From an uncultured Gammaproteobacteria bacterium (GTDB taxonomy: Bacteria; Pseudomonadota; Gammaproteobacteria; Eutrophobiales; Eutrophobiaceae): DNA of 64,000 nt. Below, piece by piece: positions 59,548 to 64,000 of the stretch. Each line of letters opens with the position of its first letter. The first letter of the stretch is position 1. A program made the translations under genes and the position numbers. The notes beneath the pieces were generated by a model. It had not been told where the DNA came from, did no database searches, and worked only from the letters and a program-made list of their open reading frames with translations. The stretch lies in the NCBI GenBank assembly GCA_958295485.1, contig OY282354.1, positions 2,403,417-2,467,416 of the forward strand, given 5' to 3'.

Positions 59548-60414
59548 TCAGGAAATCCAGCCGACAATAGTCATCACGCCAAGTACGATTAACCACACGA
59601 TCAAGGTCCGGTTGATCAAAGCCAGGGCTTCATTAAACCAGGCAAGAAACGTATCGCCGTCATCATCCGGGCCCTTTTCGTCTTCAAGGGGATATTGAAG
59701 CGCTCCAAGACCCGAGGCTGTAATCACTTCGCTGCTTGAGTTCAGGGTATTGCCTGATACCTTTTCCCAACCTTCAAAGGCGCCTATGAGATTTCCGCCC
59801 AAGGCAAAACCCAGGGCAAGCAGGCGGGCGGACGGCCACATCAATAAATCGTGCAGATCCCTTACCGCATCGGCATAACCACCGTGAATCGCTTTATACC
59901 TGCCTGACAGGTTTATTACCAGACAATACAGGAAAGCGCCCATGGCCCCCAGGATGAAAAACCAGAATATGATGGCAAACAGGTATTCATGGGCCCTGAG
60001 CATGATTGAGCTTATCACGCGCTCCTGATCGGTTTCGTCCCCATCGGCGTCTACCAGGATTTGCTTCAAAACAGCCCGGGAAAGACCATCGTCATTCGCC
60101 GCCAGCGCATCAATATACTTGTCCAACAGGGAATTGACTGCGGGGCCGAAGCTGTAAATCAAAACCAGCAAGGAAAATATAAAGCTGAGAATAAAGTGAA
60201 CTTTTCCCGACAAATAAATCGCGAGGCCAAGCAGGAAAAGAGGGATAAAGAGAGTGATAAGGAGACCGACAACGCCGTCCCAGTAAGCGGCGCGCCCCGC
60301 TCGCGACTCCAGCCAGTCGCTGTAGCGCTCAAACCAGTTTAAATTTCGATATTTGTCGAAATCGCCGAAATAAGTTTCTATGGCAAGCGCAATCAATACC
60401 GTGATTAAATTCAT
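59548..60414 (-). CDS. ampE: AmpE-like inner-membrane protein
   Basis: 288 aa polytopic protein immediately downstream of ampD, as in E. coli nadC/ampD-ampE; N-terminus ...LIALAIETYFG resembles AmpE. Confidence 0.65.
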   Translation of the reverse strand: MNLITVLIALAIETYFGDFDKYRNLNWFERYSDWLESRAGRAAYWDGVVGLLITLFIPLFLLGLAIYLSGKVHFILSFIFSLLVLIYSFGPAVNSLLDKYIDALAANDDGLSRAVLKQILVDADGDETDQERVISSIMLRAHEYLFAIIFWFFILGAMGAFLYCLVINLSGRYKAIHGGYADAVRDLHDLLMWPSARLLALGFALGGNLIGAFEGWEKVSGNTLNSSSEVITASGLGALQYPLEDEKGPDDDGDTFLAWFNEALALINRTLIVWLIVLGVMTIVGWIS

Positions 60415-60554
60415 ACTGAAATAATACCGTATTTGCTATCAATTATGAATTATTAAATAAGGCAGGCAGCAGTTCCCGCGCCGGCGGAAGACCAGTGAAC
60501 ACCGTATCCTTGTTAATTCATAATTCACCACTCATGATTATATGAATACTGCAA

Positions 60555-61124
60555 CTATCCCAACAAAGACCGTAACCTGTCCCAATCAAAAGCGGGCCCC
60601 GGGTCGGTTTTCCGTCCGGGCGCGATATGGCAATGACCCCGTATGTTATCTTTGGCAATCAGCGGCCAGGCCTGCTGCAACTCTTTTATGACGGCGGCCA
60701 GAACTTCGTACTGGACCGGTTCATAACCGATGTCGTCAGCGCCTTCCAACTCAATGCCGATTGAAAAATCATTGCAGTTTTCGCGTCCGTTAAACTCAGA
60801 TTGGCCGGCATGCCAGGCCCGCTTATCAAACGGGACATATTGTGTGAGCTGACCGTCCCTGCCGATGAAAAGATGTGTAGATACCTTCAAATCCTTGATC
60901 TGCTCAAAATAAGGATGGACGGACGGCTCTAACGCGTTCGTAAACAACTGATCAATACAGGGTGTGCCGAATTCTCCCGGAGGCAGGCTGATGCCATGGA
61001 TGACAAGCAGGCATATCTCGACGTTCCCAGGCCTGTCATCGCAATTCGGGGATGCTACCTGACGGACGTTTTCCAACCATTGTGCCTTGTTATCCAGCTT
61101 TACCATGGGGATAATTTTTTTCAC
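60555..61124 (-). CDS. ampD: 1,6-anhydro-N-acetylmuramyl-L-alanine amidase AmpD
   Basis: SPNCDDRP ... HGISLPPGEFG ... YVPFDKRAWHAG ... CNDFSIGIELEG; collinear with E. coli AmpD. Confidence 0.85.
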   Translation of the reverse strand: MKKIIPMVKLDNKAQWLENVRQVASPNCDDRPGNVEICLLVIHGISLPPGEFGTPCIDQLFTNALEPSVHPYFEQIKDLKVSTHLFIGRDGQLTQYVPFDKRAWHAGQSEFNGRENCNDFSIGIELEGADDIGYEPVQYEVLAAVIKELQQAWPLIAKDNIRGHCHIAPGRKTDPGPAFDWDRLRSLLG

Positions 61125-61186
61125 TGGCCTTATACTTGCACATTAGTGTACGGGAATCAGGAACTTTTATTTAGTGATCCAAGTCG

Positions 61187-62053
61187 ATGTCGCGTGAAAC
61201 GACAATGAAAAGAGGCAAGCCGGCTCTGCCTGCCGATATCACCAGCACGGTGCGCCGGGCGCTGAATGAAGACCTGGGGTCCGGCGACCTGACGGCAAAG
61301 CTGCTTTCAGATGATGCGGTATGCAGGGCGACGGTCATCAGTCGCGAGGCCGCCGTCCTTTGCGGCGGCGCCTGGTTTGATGAAGTATTCAAACAACTGG
61401 GCGATAAAATTGCAATCACCTGGCAAGCTGAAGATGGCGATGACATCGAGCCTGGTCAGGTTATTTGCTCCCTGTTCGGCTCGACAAAAGTGATATTGAG
61501 TGGTGAGCGAACCGCGCTCAATTTCCTCCAACTGTTATCAGGCACGGCCACAACGACCCGCGCCTGCGCGGACCTGATAAAGCACACCAAAACACAATTA
61601 TTAGACACGCGTAAAACCCTCCCCGGGTTACGCTCGGCGCAGAAGTACGCCGTATCCTGTGGCGGGGGGAAAAATCATCGCATGGGTTTATACGACGCAG
61701 TACTGATTAAAGAAAATCACATCAAGGCAAATGGATCAGTCACCGGCACCATAAACCAGGCAAAATTTTTACAAAAGCACATAGAAATCGAAGTTGAAAA
61801 CGAAGTCGAATTAGAAGAGGCGATCAATGCCGGCGCAGGTACCGCGCTTTTAGATAATTTTACACTCGCCCAGATCAAACATGCCGTCCAACTCAACAAG
61901 GGCCGCGTCCGTCTGGAAGTCTCCGGCAACGTGGAAAAAAACGCGCTCCCCGAGATTGCCGCAACAGGCGTCGATTTCATCTCCGTCGGTTCACTGACCA
62001 AAAACGTCCGCGCAATCGATTTCTCGTTGCTCCTGCTGAAAGAAAAAGTATGA
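61187..62053 (+). CDS. nadC: Nicotinate-nucleotide pyrophosphorylase (carboxylating)
   Basis: Collinear with E. coli NadC (LLDTRKTLPGLRSA..KYAV.CGGG.NHR); alternative start at 61205. Confidence 0.9.
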   Translation: MSRETTMKRGKPALPADITSTVRRALNEDLGSGDLTAKLLSDDAVCRATVISREAAVLCGGAWFDEVFKQLGDKIAITWQAEDGDDIEPGQVICSLFGSTKVILSGERTALNFLQLLSGTATTTRACADLIKHTKTQLLDTRKTLPGLRSAQKYAVSCGGGKNHRMGLYDAVLIKENHIKANGSVTGTINQAKFLQKHIEIEVENEVELEEAINAGAGTALLDNFTLAQIKHAVQLNKGRVRLEVSGNVEKNALPEIAATGVDFISVGSLTKNVRAIDFSLLLLKEKV

Positions 62054-62099
62054 AGTGAGAAGCAAAAAGTTTGAACAGGTGGTAAAGGCGAAGAAATGA

Positions 62100-62225
62100 T
62101 TTCACCCTCCAAACTTCACACTCCAGGCTTCACCCTCCAAACTTCACCCTCCAAACTTCACCCTCCAGGCTTCACACTCCAGGCTTCATATTCCAGACTT
62201 CATACTTCAAGCTTCAAACTTCACA
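62100..62225. repeat. Tandem repeat, degenerate 14-nt unit CTTCACCCTCCAAA x 9, between convergent nadC and fch
   Basis: Units phase-locked every 14 nt from 62100, decaying in identity towards fch. Confidence 0.9.
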
Positions 62226-62231
62226 CGCGGG

Positions 62232-62855
62232 TTAGAGCTTGGCTTTCACCAATTCATACACTTCTTCAGTGACATTACCCGTTTCCGCCAGGATAGTCTC
62301 CAGTTTTTGCCGTCGGTCATTCACGAATTCCTTATCCTTGATTCCACCGATATTGATATAAACGTTCAGCGCGGCGCTCCTGAGAGCGGCATGGGCGGCC
62401 AATACAGCCACGCCGACATCGCTGATCACGTTATTATTGCCTTTCTCTGCCATGGGACGACATGTCTGAATCACATCCGCACAGAGTTTTGCGCAAGCAA
62501 GCGGGACATCCGTGGCTTCTTTCAAGGCAGCCTGGATGACTTGAGAACGTACTGTCTTTTCTTCATCGGTATCCTTAGCCATGCCATAAGCCGCCATCAC
62601 CTTGTCAAATACGTCAACATCCGCCTGTATCATATCGGTAAGCTCAGCGCGCAACGTCTCGGATTTTTCCAGGAGGTCCTTCATCTCGGTCTGAACAACC
62701 TCATAGTTTTTTTTCCCAACGGTGAGATTGGCTACCATGCTGACCAGGGCAGCTCCCATTGCCCCCATGACCGCGGCCGCGCTGCCGCCGCCGGGAGTGG
62801 ACGCCCGGGAGGCGAGTCGATCAAGGAAATCTTGTAATTGCTGTTGTTTGAACAT
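62232..62855 (-). CDS. fch: Methenyl-H4F cyclohydrolase (cyclodeaminase-domain type)
   Basis: 207 aa, ...STPGGGSAAAVMGAMGAALVSMVANLT... typical of FchA; RBS AAGGAG. Confidence 0.88.
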   Translation of the reverse strand: MFKQQQLQDFLDRLASRASTPGGGSAAAVMGAMGAALVSMVANLTVGKKNYEVVQTEMKDLLEKSETLRAELTDMIQADVDVFDKVMAAYGMAKDTDEEKTVRSQVIQAALKEATDVPLACAKLCADVIQTCRPMAEKGNNNVISDVGVAVLAAHAALRSAALNVYINIGGIKDKEFVNDRRQKLETILAETGNVTEEVYELVKAKL

Positions 62856-62935
62856 GAATATTTCTCCTTAATTTGTGTTTATCTCATAATTTCCAGCTTC
62901 CGGTTCCTGGTGGGACGAACTCAAACCACCAACCG

Positions 62936-63300
62936 AAACAGGACAAGATCATACTTGCAAAGCTGACCAAGCCAAGAGAGGATTTGGGGGCTGTTTTGGA
63001 GAGACTTCGCGCGGAACGGAAAAGCAGCCCCCAAATCCTCTCGGTCAACAGCACGATATTCGCCATTTCTCCCGGATTGCCGACTTTCCGGAAAAGTATG
63101 CGTTTGTCCAGAAGCTCTCCCCAAGACAAGATCATACTCGCAAAGCTGACCAAGCCAAGAGAGGATTTGCGGGCTGTTTTGGAGAGACTTCGCGCGGAAC
63201 GGAAAAACAGCCCGCAAATCCTCTCGGTTGACAGCGCGATAGCCTCCATCTCCCCCGAATTTCCCACTTTCCAGAAAAGTATGCGTTTATCCAGCCGGCT
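62936..63300. repeat. Tandem duplication of a ~183-bp element (R1 62942-63124, R2 63125-63300), each with an 18-bp perfect inverted repeat and 31-nt loop
   Basis: R1 arms GAGAGGATTTGGGGGCTG (62976-62993) and CAGCCCCCAAATCCTCTC (63025-63042). R2 arms GAGAGGATTTGCGGGCTG (63159-63176) and CAGCCCGCAAATCCTCTC (63208-63225). Confidence 0.9.
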
Positions 63301-63335
63301 GAAAACCGAAAAACTATAAACCAAAACCTTTCTAT

Positions 63336-63344
63336 TGGTATAAT
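63336..63344 (+). promoter_or_regulatory. Extended -10 promoter element TGGTATAAT for mtdA
   Basis: Exact TGnTATAAT 35 nt upstream of the mtdA ATG; no good -35 box. Confidence 0.5.
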
Positions 63345-63378
63345 TTATAGAAAATAAACTACTTGATGAGGAAAGCCA

Positions 63379-64000
63379 ATGAAAAAACTCCTGTTCCAAC
63401 TGGACACCGACCCCCATGCCGCCGTATTCGATACAGTGGTCGGTTTTGATGGTGGCGCCGACCACGTCATCGGACATGGTGGCTGCGCCCCGGATAACAT
63501 CCGGGCGCTGGTTGACGGCGCAATATTTACCCGTAGTCCAAAAGAAAAGAAAAACACCGCTTTGTTCATCGGCGGCAGCGACATGGACGCCGGCGAAAAG
63601 CTGCTCGATTCGATTCAAAAAATCTTTTTTGCCGACTTTCGCGTATCAGTCATGTTGGACAGTAACGGCAGCAACACCACTGCCGCGGCCGCCGTCGCCA
63701 GGCTGATGAGCAGTGGGGGCATTTCCGGAAAAAAGGTCGTCATATTAGGCGGGACAGGGCCGGTTGGACAACGCGCGGCAATCATGTTGGCCCGGGAAGG
63801 CGCGGACGTGGCATTATGTTCACGGAACCAGGGCCGGGCGCAAACGGCCTGTGATGCCGTAAAAAATCGTTTTGGCGTAGACGTATCCGCCCTGGGCGCC
63901 GCTACGAACGAAGAGCGGGCCAAGGCCGTGGAGGACGCGCAAATCGTGATTGCAACAGGCGCGGGAGGTGTACAGCTGCTGGCCAAAGAACATTGGCAGG
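63379..64000 (+). CDS. mtdA: NADP-dependent methylene-H4MPT/methylene-H4F dehydrogenase, 3' end beyond window
   Basis: MKKLLFQLDTDPHAAVFDTVVGFDGGADHVIGHGG...VMLDSNGSNTTAAAAVA; collinear with known methylotroph MtdA. Confidence 0.85.
   Translation, partial: MKKLLFQLDTDPHAAVFDTVVGFDGGADHVIGHGGCAPDNIRALVDGAIFTRSPKEKKNTALFIGGSDMDAGEKLLDSIQKIFFADFRVSVMLDSNGSNTTAAAAVARLMSSGGISGKKVVILGGTGPVGQRAAIMLAREGADVALCSRNQGRAQTACDAVKNRFGVDVSALGAATNEERAKAVEDAQIVIATGAGGVQLLAKEHWQ

Noticed and set aside
59280-59698. Three overlapping ORFs giving repeat peptides (ELTGV, TDGGR, VRPPS) across the 15-nt tandem array
   Set aside because: They are translations of a 15-nt (five-codon) tandem repeat in all frames, lie between convergent gene ends, and have no RBS.
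59438-62225. Tandem arrays as CRISPR
   Set aside because: Units are contiguous with no unique spacers and measure 11-15 nt, too short for CRISPR repeats. No cas genes in the window.
62873-63319. 148-aa ORF with an internal ~60-aa repeat (DKIILAKLTKPREDL.AVLERLRAERK.SPQILSV...) spanning the tandem duplication
   Set aside because: The protein repeat is a direct consequence of the DNA duplication, and no SD precedes it. One of the two paired substitutions in the palindrome is synonymous in this frame while the other is not, which fits selection on nucleic-acid pairing better than on protein. Not excluded; listed as an alternative in the finding.

Overview
Core chromosomal window from a methylotroph (or methanotroph) whose housekeeping gene order resembles Gammaproteobacteria. 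That inference rests on E. coli-like arrangements: tig-clpP-clpX-lon ... ppiD, cysS/lpxH, and nadC divergent from ampD-ampE. Three C1-metabolism modules lie inside this frame. (1) Left edge, minus strand: serine-cycle operon sga-mcl-mtkA, with mtkA running off the window. (2) 19.0-31.9 kb: a tetrahydromethanopterin (H4MPT) island on both strands, containing an amino-acid-kinase-family gene, pabB-like, a hydantoinase-like C1-transfer protein, a HisA/HisF-like gene, fae, a CitG-like gene, mch, mptG, then a FwdD-like ORF followed by fhcB-fhcA-fhcD-fhcC. (3) Right edge: fch and a partial mtdA (H4F branch), divergently arranged. Other content: a MetZ-like PLP enzyme; a TonB-dependent receptor; ridA; an uncharacterised three-subunit DMSO-reductase-family molybdoenzyme (alpha, FeS beta, DmsC-like anchor) whose alpha subunit lacks a Tat signal; lpd; nrdAB; 7Fe ferredoxin plus FprA-type reductase; two tandem family-5 (peptide/opine-type) ABC importers that share one fused double ATPase; a HigB-like toxin interrupted by an in-frame TGA next to an intact HigA-like antitoxin; fabI; a GltP/DctA-family symporter; seven tRNA genes (Asp, Val, Leu, Lys, His, Arg, Pro), with a yefM-yoeB toxin-antitoxin pair and a small Cys-rich secreted ORF inserted in the tRNA cluster. 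No large novel multi-gene system is evident. The most striking unexplained signals are non-coding. First, a tandemly duplicated ~183-bp element in the fch-mtdA control region, each unit carrying an 18-bp perfect inverted repeat, with a compensatory double substitution between the copies. Second, an ~85-nt conserved hairpin-containing element present on the + strand at two loci (5' UTR of the symporter gene, and the clpP-clpX intergenic region). Third, several short tandem-repeat arrays and REP-like palindromes in intergenic regions. All calls come from reading the translations and sequence by eye; no database search was run.
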